Assembly: GCA_031835245.2 (NCBI GenBank)
Contig: JAVKOQ020000102.1
Span: 124,001-173,876, forward strand
Direction: 5' to 3'
Length of the DNA stretch: 49,876 bases
DNA from: Balamuthia mandrillaris
Taxonomy: Eukaryota
A program made the translations under genes and the position numbers. Positions 37,546 to 49,876 of the stretch are shown here, piece by piece; position 1 is the stretch's first letter, and every line of letters begins with the position of its first letter. The notes beneath the pieces are model-generated. The model was not told the origin of the DNA, did not search any database, and was given only the letters and a program-made list of their open reading frames with translations.

Positions 37546-38027
37546 CTTCTTCTATGTGCGCCTTGGTTGGTGAAATGCTTTTTTGTTTGTTGGTTTGTGT
37601 GAGGCCTTAGAGAGCGAGAGAGAGAAAGAGTTGACTGCACACACTATTTTATGGTGGTGGCATTTGGAGTTTTCCTCTTGGCTGTGGCATTGTAGGACTG
37701 TAATTTCTACGAAATGTCAGGAATGATCTAGATTCCTCTCAGGTTTGAATTTTCGTTTGTCCAGAGATGGGAGTGTCTACAAAAATATGCAGAAGTTCGG
37801 ATGAAAATCGGCATAGTTTGGCCTTGGAAAAGGAGGAAATCTCGCGAAATGCACGTGCATAAACCAACAAAAAAAAAATTATATGCATTGCGAGTAGCCC
37901 TGTGTGTGTGGAGGATCCCCTCCAAACGATTTCCTCTTTGCTTCAAAAACAAAGCGCTTAAACACACAAGAAAGACTCCCTCTTCCCCTTAAAAAAACAA
38001 CAAACAAAACAAACAGGGATAAGAAGA

Positions 38028-38447
38028 ATGGAGCTCAAGCCAGGGACCTACCGAAAGACCTTCACCTCGCCAGCGGAGGAGCACTGGGCCGTGGGCACCG
38101 CACCAGCCAAGTACCAGGAGACCATTGCCCTGCGGGCGGACGGCTCCAGCCACGTTTGGTTCCACAAGGAAGAGCCTGGGGCAGAGGGCAGCAAGATAGA
38201 CTGGGAGGGAGAGTTTCAGTGGAAGGTGCTCAAAGAAGAGGGCCAAAAAGGGAGCAGAGGGAGGAAAGGGCAAGAGGAGCCAAGGTTGGAGTTCAGGGGC
38301 AGAAGAACGGGCTGCTCGGTGCCAAAGGGGTTTGGCGGGAGGGTGGAGAGGGAGTGGAGGGAGAGTCCGTACGGGTTCTCGTTCGGGTTGCAGGAGTTCA
38401 TGCAAGACTTTAGCTGGGTGGTTTCTGGCTCTGCTGAACAGGCATGA
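38028..38447 (+). CDS. Hypothetical protein, 139 aa
   Basis: Intronless GC-rich ORF with normal composition, preceded by an A-rich leader; no family recognised. Confidence 0.55.
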   Translation: MELKPGTYRKTFTSPAEEHWAVGTAPAKYQETIALRADGSSHVWFHKEEPGAEGSKIDWEGEFQWKVLKEEGQKGSRGRKGQEEPRLEFRGRRTGCSVPKGFGGRVEREWRESPYGFSFGLQEFMQDFSWVVSGSAEQA

Positions 38448-38580
38448 ACGCAAGGCATGCGACGAAGAAGAAGTGATGAAAGGAGAAAGAAGAGAAGATA
38501 TGTACAAAAGTGTTTGTAACTGCACACAAAAAAAAAAGATTCTTTTTTGACAACAGAGCACCTGGAAGAAGCTATAAAAC

Positions 38581-40269
38581 TCAGAAAGCAAACCAACAAG
38601 AAAGTGCAGCCACACCAAGAGAAGCCAGAACAAAGAGGGAGAAAGAGAAGGTACTGCTGCTTTTGGGTTGTTGTTTCTGACCGCGCAGCGCACGATAATG
38701 GTCAACCACCCTCTTCATGCCTTCTTCTGTTGTGATGAATGGACGATAGCCGAGCTCCGCCCGGGCTCTGTCCGGTTTGAAGTAGTGCGTGACGCTCACT
38801 TTGTAGACCTCTGCTCTTGTGAGAAGAGGCTGGAAGTTGTAGAAGCGACCGACGAGCCTTTTTGAGCAGAAGAAGAAGAAGAAGTATGCGTGAGGGCGAG
38901 AGAGAGCAGAAGAAAGAAACGACAGGAAAGAAAGGTTACCAATGAACAGTCTCGATAAACAAGGCAACGTAGTACATGAGCCAGGTGGGCAGGTTCAAGG
39001 ATGGATACCGAAAGCCCAATCCTTCCAACAACGGCCGAAAGAACTCAAAGTTGTTTATCGGTTCCCAGTCCGAAATGAAGTACGCCCTTCCTCCTATATC
39101 CTTCTCCTCTCCCTCCTTCTCCTCTTTCCTCTTATTTCGCTTCAACAGCTTCACTGCCGCCAAGATGTGGGCATGGACCAGGTTGTCCACATAGACAAAC
39201 TCCACCTTGGAATCGGCCCGGCCTATCGTGAAGCAGAACAACCCTTTGTCCATCATTTCCACAATCCGTGGCAGATGTCTCTCCTCTCCTTCTCCATAAA
39301 TACCTGCTGGTCGAATGGCACAAGTCTTAAGCGAAGAAGCAGGAGAAGAAGAAGCAGAATCGTTTGCTTGAAGGACCAGCTGTTCAGCAATGCACTTGGA
39401 GCGAGAGTAATAGTCGACGTGTCGGTCGAGAGGGAGGTAAGGAAGGCTCTCGTCCTGGTTGTGAAGCTCGTTGCCAGCAAAGACCACGTTGGTGGTACTG
39501 GTGTATACCAGAGCGGAGACGTTGCCCTCCTGGCATGCTTTGATGACGTGTTCGGTGCCACCTACATTGATGGCCACGATCCGTGCTTTGTCCAGTTGGT
39601 CTCTTTTTAAAGACATGTTAGAAAGAACTAAGAAGAAGAAGAACAAGAAGAACAAGAACAAGAAGAAGAAGAAGAAGAAGAAGAAGAAGAAGAAGAAGAA
39701 GAAGAAGAAGAAGAACAAGAAGAAGAAGCATAGAACGAGAGTAAGAAGAAAGAAGAAGCGAAAGAGGAGAGAGAGAGAGGGAGAGAGAGAGAGAGAGAGC
39801 AGAAAAGAAGCAGCGAAGGTCAAATACAAGAAGGCCAAGAAGAGAGAAGCAAAGGTTGACGCACTTGCCGCTCATGCCGAAAGAGGCGGCGTGAAATACA
39901 GCATCCATTCCTTCAGCCGCCGCTCTGACAGCTTTGAAGTCCCGCAGATCGCCCATCACAAACTTGAGTGGTTCTTTCTATTCTTTTTAGTTTGTTCTTG
40001 ACGTTAACACATTTAAAAAGAAGGAAGAAAGAATCGGAAAGAAGAAAGAAAAGAAGAACCTCTTCATCTTCATCTTTTCCTTCCGTGCGGTTGTGCCACG
40101 AAGTCGGCGGTCGAATGTCGAACAGGATTACAGCGGCAGCACCGCAGGCCACCAACTGCTTGCCCAGACGATGGCCAAAGTAACCCCCGCCGCCGGTGAT
40201 CAAAAACCGTTTGCCCACGAGCGCTCCGTCGTACTTGGGTTCCTCCTCCTTCGTCTCCTTCTTCTCCAT
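38581..40269 (-). CDS. 3-beta-hydroxysteroid dehydrogenase family extended SDR (SDR42E1-like) with C-terminal TM; 4 exons
   Basis: LITGGGGYFG, VFHAASFGMSG, LVYTSTTNVVF, YYSRSK, IRPAGIYGEGEERHLPRI, LLTRAEVYKVSVTHYF. Confidence 0.9.
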
Positions 40270-40752
40270 AAGATTATATTAGGCCTTGAGCAGCACCTTT
40301 TGTGGTCCATTGCAAGTCAATTAGAGCACATGTAGAGCTCCTTTTACCCATGTCAGGACAAATCGTGTAGAAAATGGTCTTGATTACTGCTGCTTGGGTA
40401 CCTCTGGAATTTATGTCGACCATGAGAGAATCTTTCGTTCGTTGTTAAAGTCTGAATGTTTCGTTGTTATGCAAGTAGGAATAAAAATAAAACAGGTTTT
40501 ACAAAAGATAAATATGGGAGTGCGTTGCTCGTGAGGCAAAAAATAAATATAAGTACAACCAACAGACTCCTCTCATTCAAGTGCTTGCGAGGAGGCACTC
40601 GAGAGAGGGAATCTATGCTACAGCTCAACTTCGCCGGCATCAAGGTCCATCCCAATGCTCACCATTCCTATCCACAGAAAAAAAAAAGAGCGTTAAGAAA
40701 ATAAACAAAACAAACAAACAAACAAACAAAGTGCAGCAGGACAAGCTTTTTT

Positions 40753-42290
40753 TTAAATAACGTTACCTTTGCCCTCTTTGGTAAGAAACTTGTTTGTGCG
40801 AATGGCCCTTATCTTACCGTTAAACACCACGCCTATAATGACTCCAATGGTGATGAGAACAACAACAACGACAGAGACAGTGACGGCAGCGATGAATCCA
40901 CCGCTGCTGCAACAGAAGCCATCATTGTCGTCTTTGCCTTCATCTTGGCCATCGTCTTGCGGTTGGCCCACTAAAACACTAAAGTCGGGATCGTAGACGA
41001 GAGCCTCAGTGAAGCGAGGAAAAGTTAACACCACTTGCACCTGGGAACCGTCGACCACTGTTTCAAGTTTAGTTCATTCAAAAGAGGAAAAAGTAACAAC
41101 GAAAGAGAGAAAAGAGATAACAAAGAAAGAGAACAAGAATAGGTTAAGCATTGAAGAACAAAAAGATGAACAGTTAGTTTACCTTCAATAACAGAAGATT
41201 CAACTTGTATAGGAACCAGTGCGCCATCCACCTCGGCTTCCTCCAAGAAACGAGAACGAATGCCAAAAATGCTTTCGCCCAGAGAAAAGTCCCCTCCGCC
41301 GTTCTCATCAACGCTGTCCACTGTTGAAGTGCCGTTGGTTCCAATGGCAACAAACGTCAAAGTAACCTTGTGTCACATTACCATAGTCGTTATTAAAAGA
41401 CAGAAAGTATGAACGAAGAAAGAAACAGCAAGAAGAAACTAGAAAGCAACACGAAGAAAGCAGAAAAAAAAGAAAAGACAGAAGAAAGAGGTGAGAAGAA
41501 CCTGAAGGCTGGTGTTAGGCTCCTCAGAGAACGTCCAGTTCCTCACGATGAAGTAGACCTTCGAGGTCAACGCCGGGATGGCGATGGTATCGTTGACCGT
41601 CTCTCCCAACGGCACGTTATCGTTCCCGTCCTCAAATATCACGTACTGTATGATAAAAGTGCCTCCTTTTCTCTCAAAGCCTTCCGATTCGCTATCACCG
41701 CTGTCTTCAACGACTTCCACCTCGAAACGAATCCAGTTCTCTTTGGTCAGCTTTAGCTCTCCGTTCACGCTCTTCTCTTCCTCGACGACCACCGGGCCGA
41801 CAACGGTGACGGGGACGTCTTCGTTCAAGTCAATGGGGCCAAACACAACCGTTGGCTCTTGGTCGTTGGTGACCTCTTGGAGGGAGCCGTATTTGAGGAC
41901 GAAGCGCTCGGTCGTTCGTTCGAGCTGTTCGTTGAGGAAGAAGATCTCAAAGTCGGGTTGAACGCCGGTGAAAGCCGTCAGGTTGGTTTGCGAGGCAAAA
42001 GGTTCGTCCAACACGCTGGTTTCCTCTCTGGTTTGTTGTGGTTGGTAAGAGCGACGTGAAGAAGCCGATTCGCGGAAGCCGACACCCCACAGTTGGTTTG
42101 CGGCAACCACGTCGACTGGGCTCGTGAAACGTTCTTCCTCGGCTTTCGCTTGTGTGGTAACGCCAAAGAAGAAGAGGAGGAGCAAAGCGAGAGGAAGCCT
42201 ATAGCCTTGAAAGGTGTTCAAAGAAGAAGAAGCAGTTGACAAGAAAGGCCTCCGAGTAGAGCAGCAGCGTGCGACGAGATTTGTCCGCAT
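40753..42290 (-). CDS. Type I membrane protein with ComC-supersandwich-like ectodomain; 3 exons
   Basis: Signal-like LPLALLLLFFFG; juxtamembrane FPRFTEALVYDPDFSVLV resembles the DPDFSVLL motif of amoebozoan surface proteins; TM followed by a basic tail. Confidence 0.65.
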
Positions 42291-42683
42291 GGTGGCTTTG
42301 TCTTTTCCTCCAAACAAAGAAAGAAAGAAAGAAAGAAAGAAGAGAGAACACGACGAACGGACAGAATTGGAAGAAAGAGAAACGTTCATTTCAGCCAAAT
42401 ATAAAAACAATTTGATCGGTCAGATCAGTGCAACCCCTTGATATTAATTTCCTTATATAGGCACAATGAACGTCATACTTTCCTTTTATATGGATATGTT
42501 GACGTCAACTTTACATGTTTGCTGTAGTTATGACGTCATGATCAGATTGATCGAATATTTTATGAAAAATGATACGTGAAGAATGTTAATTAAAGATAGA
42601 CGAATCATTTTGATTTGGGTATTGCTTTGATTTCCTATTGGTAAGCGTTATAGTTCAAAAGAAAAAAAACGGAAAAGAAAAAG

Positions 42684-44205
42684 ATGATGAACCGCAAAGG
42701 CAGTACGCCGCAATCATGGACCAAGCAAAGCAAGAAAGATCAACTCATCGCGGAGCACATCCACTCCTTGGCCCGCGAGGGCGATCTCATTAACCTCAAA
42801 AAGGCCCTCCGCTCCGGCGGTCGAGGCCCCGCCCTCTTTCTCTCCAACAAGACCGCGTTGAGCCACCGGAGACGCCTGATGAAGGACCAACAAGGCAACC
42901 TGTTGCTTCACTCGGCGGTCAAAGGGGGAAACCCGAGGGTGTGGCTGTACTTGTTGAAGGATAGGCGGTGTGTGGACCTTGTGGACGTGCCTAATGCTAA
43001 GGGTTTCTCTCCCTTTACCCTTGGTAACGCCGCCTCTTCATTTGCGTTGTCGTCGTTTTAGCTTTTTCTGCTTTTTCGTTCTTTCTTCCTTCTTACTGCG
43101 ATATGCTCTGATTTCGTTGTTTAGACTTACCGCTCTTTGTTTTTTCTCTTTTGCAGCGTGCTACTATGCGTGCAAGAAGCCTTCAGCAGATCGTCTCATG
43201 GTTAGTTCTTGTTTCTCTTATTTCTTTGTCTTGTCGTGTCTTCGTTTCTTTCTTGTCGAATCTCTCTCGTCGCTTCTTTCTTATCTCCTTCTCCATCTTC
43301 TTTGTTCGCGTTCTCGTTCTGCTTGTTCTTCCACTTCTCCGTCTTTTTTCTCCTTGTTGTTTTTCTTGTTCTTCCTCCGCTTCTTTCTTCTTCCGTCTTT
43401 CTTTCTTTTTTACTCCGCTACTACAAAACCAAACACAAGATGTTAGGGACAATGATTACGCTGAAACCATCCTTTTTCTTGACGAACAAACATGACCAAA
43501 ACGTGCTTCACTTTGCAGCACAATATGGATGTTTTCACATCATTCAAATCTTACAGCAGTTTGCTTCATCAGAAGCATGGAGAGAAGCCATCAAACAAGT
43601 GGACAAGAATGGGTATAATCTTCGTTCCTTCTGCTTGTTCTTCTTGGTCTTCTTCTGCTTCTGTCTATATTCCTGTTGGTTGTGCTGTTTCTTCAGTTGT
43701 TCTCGCTAAAACAAAACTCGATACAGGTGCACTCCATTGCATTTTGCAGTATCCCGTTCGCATCTCAGTCATCACGCGTTGAGCGTGATGATGATCGCTT
43801 TGAGCGATGGGGAAGACCTGTTGTTCAGTCGCGACTCTGCTGGCAACACACCGTTTCTTTATGCTTGCTCCGTGCCCAGTTTTGGAAAGAAAAACTTTGC
43901 AAAGCTGCTGCCAAGTGAGGCTGCCATCAAAGACAGAAACACCACATGGAATAACTTTTTTAAAGGTACCGGTTAAGTACACGAAAGAAGAAAGATGAAA
44001 ACGAAAGAACTGATAAACGATCTTTTTAAACAGTTGGTCGAAAGACAGCATTTCATAAAGCAGTGGAAGCAAAATGTGTGGACAACCTTAGTGCTTTGAC
44101 GGAGATTGCAGAGAGGTTGAATTTGCATTGGAAGGCGATGTTGCCACCAGTTGACCACATATCTTCCGATGCCATTCGTTACTTTCTTCATTCCGCCGAC
44201 CCTGG

Positions 44206-44247
<42 letters not shown>

Positions 44248-46122
44248 ATCAAAGTATTCTCTCTCTCTCCCTCTCTCTCTCTCTCCTCTCTTGCGATAAT
44301 TGTTCTTATCTGCTCGCTTTCCATTCTCCTTACATTCAACGCTGTTATTGCATTTCCATTCCAAGATTTATTTCCTGCCGTGGAGGATAATTGTCCAACT
44401 CCTCGACTGAGTTCCAAAGGAGTTCCCAGTTTCGTATTTTCTCCTTCTCCACCTTCTCTCGCTTTCTCATTTACTTTGATATTCTGTCCTCACCTCGCCA
44501 CACCACTCATAATAACAAACGCATGGTGTAGTTGTGAGGTTTTCAGACCTTCTGTTGCAAAAAAGACTTGGCGAAGGTCATTTCGGCTTGGTCAGAAAAG
44601 CTAGGTGGGGCAGTCGCAAAGTAGCCGTTAAAATGCCAAAAGAAAACGTGAACATGCAGTTCCTAAACATGCTGAAAGAGGAAGCAAACGTCATGATGTG
44701 CGTCTCGTCTTTGCCGTTCTTCTGTTCGTCTTTGCAAACAATCAATTCTTCCCATACAAAAGGCGATTAAAGCCTCACCCTAATGTTGTGGCTCTTGTCG
44801 GCGTCACCACAAAACCTTTTTCTATTGTGACTGGTTTGTTCTTTTTCTTGTTCTTCCTCCCCTTCTGCTTTTCTTTATATTTGTTTTTCTTCTTTCATCC
44901 AGAATACGTGGATGGAGGAAACCTTCGCACAAAGTTAGAACGGGAGCTTCTAGAAAGCAGTCGCTGCCTCTCCCTCACCGCCTCCGGAGAGCCACAACAA
45001 CTGCTGGACCCTCAACAGCAGAACGTCCGTCGCTTGGCCCAATACGCCCTTCACATCGCCCAAGGCATGCACCATCTCCACGAATCGTTGGAGGAGTGCG
45101 TCGTTCATCGGGACCTGGCACTTCGCAACATTCTCATCTCGAAGGAAGGGGTGTGCAAGGTGGCTGATTTCGGTCTTTCGCGAGTGACTCGGATGGAGGA
45201 GGACCGAACGTTGATGGACATGATTCCCTTTCGTTGTCTCGCGCCGGAAGTGTTTCACGTTTCGTATTCCTCGTCCTCTTCTTCGGCTTCCTCATCGTTT
45301 GTGTATTCGAAAAAGACGGATGTGTGGGACTTTGGCGTGACGTTTTGGGAGTTGTGGACGTTGAAAGATCCTCTTCCCACGCACCATCCCTTTGCCAACG
45401 GGAAAACGAAGAAGAAGGCGCCTCTGATAGTGCAGAACTATCATAGCATGACATCGCCAAAGGACAAGAAGAAGAAGAAGCAGCAAAAAAAGAAAACGAA
45501 AAAGGAGAAGAAAAAGATGAAAGCAAAGGAAGAGGAAGAAAAAGAAGAGGAGAAAGAGGAAGGAGAAGCAGAAGTAGGAGAAACAAAAGAACGGACACCA
45601 TTGGAACGACCAAACAATTGTCCGGATGTATTGTGGGAGTTGATGTGTTGGTGCTGGAAGGAGGAACCATCGCAAAGACCTTCTTTCGCAGATCTGGTGG
45701 AGCGGTTGTCAGCATTGCTGGAAGAAGAGTGCATTCCGATGGACGGCGTCATCAACATCAACGATGATGACGCCACCGTTTCATCCCCGCGAATGGGAGA
45801 AGAGGGAGAATACATCGACAGCAACGAGGACCTTTTGAGCCTGCTTCGAAGGCAAGGAGAAAAAGGAGAAAAAGAGAAAGAGAAAGAAAAAGAAGAAGAG
45901 ATTAAGTTGAGACAGAGGGCGACGACAATAACAACGCTGCAGAGGAGCGAAGAAGTTGAAAAAGAGAGGGAAGAGGATGAAGAAAAGAGCGGAGGGAGGA
46001 AAGGAAGAAGTGCCTCTGTTTCAGGCGCGTTGGATTGGTGCCAGCAGGCCCGACACCATCACCACGTGGTTCACACCAAAGACGTGGAAGAACAGCATCG
46101 CTGTGTTGCTGGTGAAGAATAA
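42684..46122 (+). CDS. Ankyrin-repeat tyrosine kinase-like protein, multi-exon
   Basis: Ankyrin motifs GNLLLHSAV, QNVLHFAA, GNTPFLYAC; kinase LGEGHFGLV, VAVK, HPNVV, HRDLALRN, DFGLSR, IPFRCLAPE, DVWDFGVTFWE, CWKEEPSQRPSF. Confidence 0.88.
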
Positions 46123-46477
46123 TGATTGCACTATAAAGGTACCCCCATGCATTCAACATTGTTTTTGTTGTCACGTGCTGACAAATAGCCATGTGGTAAC
46201 ACCCATCATTTTGGTTTTTCAGCCTCTTCTATATTGGTGTTCTCCACCACCATCCTAGTTGTGACATTTCGTTTGCTTTCCAATCCTACCTCGTGGTTTT
46301 TATCAGAAACCACCAGGCAGACAGACACATACACAGCTGCTTAGATTTTTTCTAGGAACACTTTTGGCCTTTTTTTTTGGTCCTCCACCTGGACGTACCC
46401 TCCTCCTGCTCCTCCTCCTCCATCCTGTTGGTGGTTGGTTTTGAGTACAGCCAGACTGGACCAGAGACAGAAACAAC

Positions 46478-49400
46478 ATGCATTCACGTAGCACTAAAGT
46501 GTTTATCCCGCCTGGCGTCACGGAGCTAAAGCTGCCTGGTATGTACGCCTACATGTGCGTGCTTGTTGCTTTGCTGTGGTGATGAATGTCCTGTCATGAA
46601 CATGTTGTTGTCTTATGTTGTTGTTGTTGTTTCTTGCAGGTAGATACTTGGGACCAGCGGATGGTAAAGCATTGGCGCAGGCCTTACGCCAGAACACCAC
46701 CCTCACCGTTTTGAACCTTGGACCTTTCCGGTAGGTACACCTGCGTGATTGAAGGAAGAAGGGAGGGAGGGAAGGAGATAACCAAAACGAACTCGTTTGT
46801 TTGGCTCATGCAGGCAACTGGTTGGGCAAAAAAGGAGGAAAAGCAGTGGCGAAGGCCTTACGCCAGAACACCACCCTCACCGTTTTGAACCTTGCGAGTA
46901 TGTAACTGTTTCGTGACCATCTAAAGTCGTACTAACATGTTGCTCTCTGTCGAATGGACCCGCTGCAGGGAACCAGTTAGAGGAGGAAGGAGGCAAAGCA
47001 GTGGCAGAGGCCTTGCGCTACAACACCACCCTCACCTCGTTAAACCTTTTGTGTATGTAACCGCAACTGCCTTTTAACGGAAGGAAGGGAGAGAGGTGGC
47101 GGTGCACCGGTGTGATGCTGACTGATATGCTGATATCTTTCTTTGGTTATGATATCTTCAGCCAACAAGTTGGGCGTGGGCACTGGAAAGGCGTTGGTGG
47201 AGGCCCTTCACCACAATGTCACGCTTACCACCCTGTGGCTTGGTGGCGGTATTCCGGAGCCCTTTAAGACGGAAATAGAGAAGCTCATGCAACCACGCAG
47301 ACAAAGACCACTAAGAGAACCGCTAAAACGGAAACGAGAAGCAGAGAAAGGGCACGGCGAGTCGGTTGGAACAGCCTTGGCCGCCCTTCAGGCTGTACGC
47401 CCCTCTCGAAGCTTCGCTTTATCCGGATCCGCCAAGCAGGTCTTACAGCAAGTCTGGAATTATGCGGCTGGCATGGACAACAAAGCTGGAACAGCCTTGG
47501 CCACCGCTCTTGCTGCCAAAGCTGAGCTGGAAGCCATGCAAAATGCTATAACAGAAGGCGAGGCATGGCCGGATGAAGAGCTGTTGGAAGAAAGGAATAA
47601 GGCTCAAATGACGCTGGTGGAGGCGGTGCAGCAGGCGCACATGGCGTGGGAGAAGCAGGCCGGGGTGCATCAGGACTGCACGCAATGGATACATCAGTTG
47701 AGAAGGATTTTCTCTCGAGAAGATGGAGAGAGAAACGGAAGGAAGCACAAGACAACAGAACCCGAGAGGAAGAAACGGAGAAAAACGGAAAAAGAAATCG
47801 AGAAAGAACGAGAGGGCAGCGACGGGCTGCTTCGAAGCGCAGAAGAAGCATTGAGAAGATTCCAAGAATGGCAAGCCAGGCATGCAGCACGTCAGAAGGA
47901 ACTTGAACAGGAAACGGAGAGACAAGCTACACGAGTTGGCGAAGCCTTGCAACGTCTTGGATCCGCCTTCTCTGGTTTTATCTTCTTCTTGGCGTTCCTT
48001 CTTTTTCCCATGAACTGACTTTGGTTGGCTTTGTTTTCTTGTTTTCAGGGTGTTCACCAGAGGAAGAACTGTTGGAAGACAACCATGCGGCCACTTTGGT
48101 GGAGGCCATCCACAATGAACAAGACTTTCTGCGCCGTGGCCTGGATGGTGTCTCTGCGCGTGAATTGTACCAAGGCATTGAGGACCTTATCGCCGGTTTG
48201 CAATGGGTGTGTGAAGAGCTCCAAGAACAAAGTGTGAAGATGAAGGGTTTGCTGTGGGAGAAGATGCAAGCGGAGCGAATCCTGGCCCATCCTCTCGACT
48301 ACCAACAGTTGAAGGACCTGCAGAGGGCCTGCAAGAAGGCCTGCAATAAGGTGCGATATGCCCAGGCTAGTGTGGATGCGGCCGAAGGTAAAGAAGAGCG
48401 AGCAAAAACAGAGGACATACTAGCCAAGGTAACAAAGCAATGGAACCAACAAGCGACCCTGTTAGAGGTTTGTGTGTTTGCTAGTATATTCTCCTGTAGT
48501 TCTTCTTTTTCTTCTTCGCTCATGCGCTTTGTTCATTAAAACAGAGCACAGCTTTGCAGTTCGTGAGCCTGAGCAACAGCAGCCGCCCAGAGCTTCGTTT
48601 CATCCTTAGGGAGTTGGGCCTGGAAGCATTTGACTTGATTGTAGTGGACCGCCGCCTGGACCACTACGACCACATCCAAGTGCTCTTCTCTGCTGGCCGC
48701 CATCGTGTCCTGAAGGCCCAGTTCCAAGGAGAGCCCTGCATGCTGAAGGAATTCGATTTGAACTTGGACCACCCACACTTCATGATGGAGCTAAAGAGGC
48801 TGGCATCCTTGCAACACGAACACATCGTCAAAGCGGAAGCGGCATTTGTTCAAAGTAGTAACGGTGGCACCAGAGGATGCATCCACATGCCGTTTTATAG
48901 CGGAGGCAACCTGTGTGAATGGTTGAAGAATGGAAGAGAAGGAGATAGAAGCGATGCAGAGAAGCAGAGGGTGGGAAGAGGAGTGTTGTTGGCCTTGCAA
49001 CACATTCACAGTCAGAACGTCGTTCATCGGGATGTCAAACCTCAAAGCATCTTCATACAGTCATACGCACAAGCGGTGAAAGAAGGTGAAGGAGATGAAG
49101 GTCAAGGTTACCAACAAGCCCTATTGGGAGACTTCGACATCAGCAGCAAGGCGGGCACAGCAGAGGCCGTGACCATGACTGATAGTTTGAGAAGAGGAAC
49201 ATGGCAATGCATGGCTCCAGAGGTGTGCAATGGAGAGGTTGGACCCGCGGCAGATGTATTTGCATGGGGGCTGCTCATGTTCGATCTTCATTTTGCTGTT
49301 CCTGCTCTTCGAGCGCAAGCGCAAGCGCCTACGGAAGAAGGAAGCGAACATCAATTGACCTCCACTCCTCATTATCTTCTGCCTTCGTCCACTCATATTA

Positions 49401-49876
49401 CTCGCTCTCTCGCCCAGACCGCCAAAGTTTCGCCACAACTAAGGTCCGACCTGAAACAGCTTTACCTGGACAAAGTACGATCGATGCAGAAGTATCAGCA
49501 GCCTTTGGTGGCTATATTGCACCGAATCGAAACGCTAACGGAAGGAACAGACCCAGTCAGTGCCAACAATCAAGGCGCGTTGAAGAACTTCCAACAAACA
49601 ATGGCCTACGTACTTTGGCTGTTACAGCATCCCTCTGCAAGTACCGATTATCTCAAACAGTACAACACCTTAGTGATTACTGAGAGTATTTTTATACACT
49701 GGATGAACCAGCCACAACGAAACCCTTCGGTTTCTTCGTCTGCTGCTACACAGCAAGGCCCAACGCCTCAAGCCTTATCTGGTCCTTCAACTACGACCGC
49801 TTCGTTACTTCAACTTGCGCAAGCACAAGAGGCAAGGGGAGAAGGGGGAAGGGAGATGAGACCAGCTCGTCCAACG
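46478..49876 (+). CDS. LRR - coiled coil - protein kinase gene, copy 2 (runs off the window end), with an in-frame insert in the kinase C-lobe
   Basis: Exons 46478-46538 (..IPPGVTELKLP), 46640-46730 (91 nt), 46814-46897 and 46969-47052 (84 nt each), 47162-~47974, ~48049-48467 and 48545-end (open to 49876; LKEFD, HRDVKPQS, GDFD, MAPE). Collinear with copy 1. Confidence 0.85.

Overview
Intron-rich eukaryotic genomic DNA with GT-AG introns full of GAA/CT microsatellites. The gene content (ComC-like surface protein, giant-virus-type ankyrin protein, copine, paxillin-like LIM protein) suggests a free-living amoebozoan; this is inference only. Housekeeping-type genes: 3' part of a CHD-type remodeler, SSU72, a LIM protein, tRNA-Arg(ACG), two extended SDRs, a YbbN/CnoX-like thioredoxin-TPR protein, a GMC oxidoreductase, copine and an ankyrin-tyrosine kinase. 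The main feature is a 10,351-bp CACTA/EnSpm-like DNA transposon (13543-23893; CTCTACTGG termini, 2-bp TG target duplication). It carries a multi-exon transposase on + and, divergently, a gene with a TET/JBP-like 2OG-Fe(II) dioxygenase domain. It is inserted in an 84-nt LRR exon of an LRR-coiled coil-kinase-RING/Rcat gene. A second paralog of that gene at the window end has an in-frame ~165-aa Med15-like module inside its kinase domain. All gene models were spliced by eye and all family assignments come from motif recognition, not database searches.
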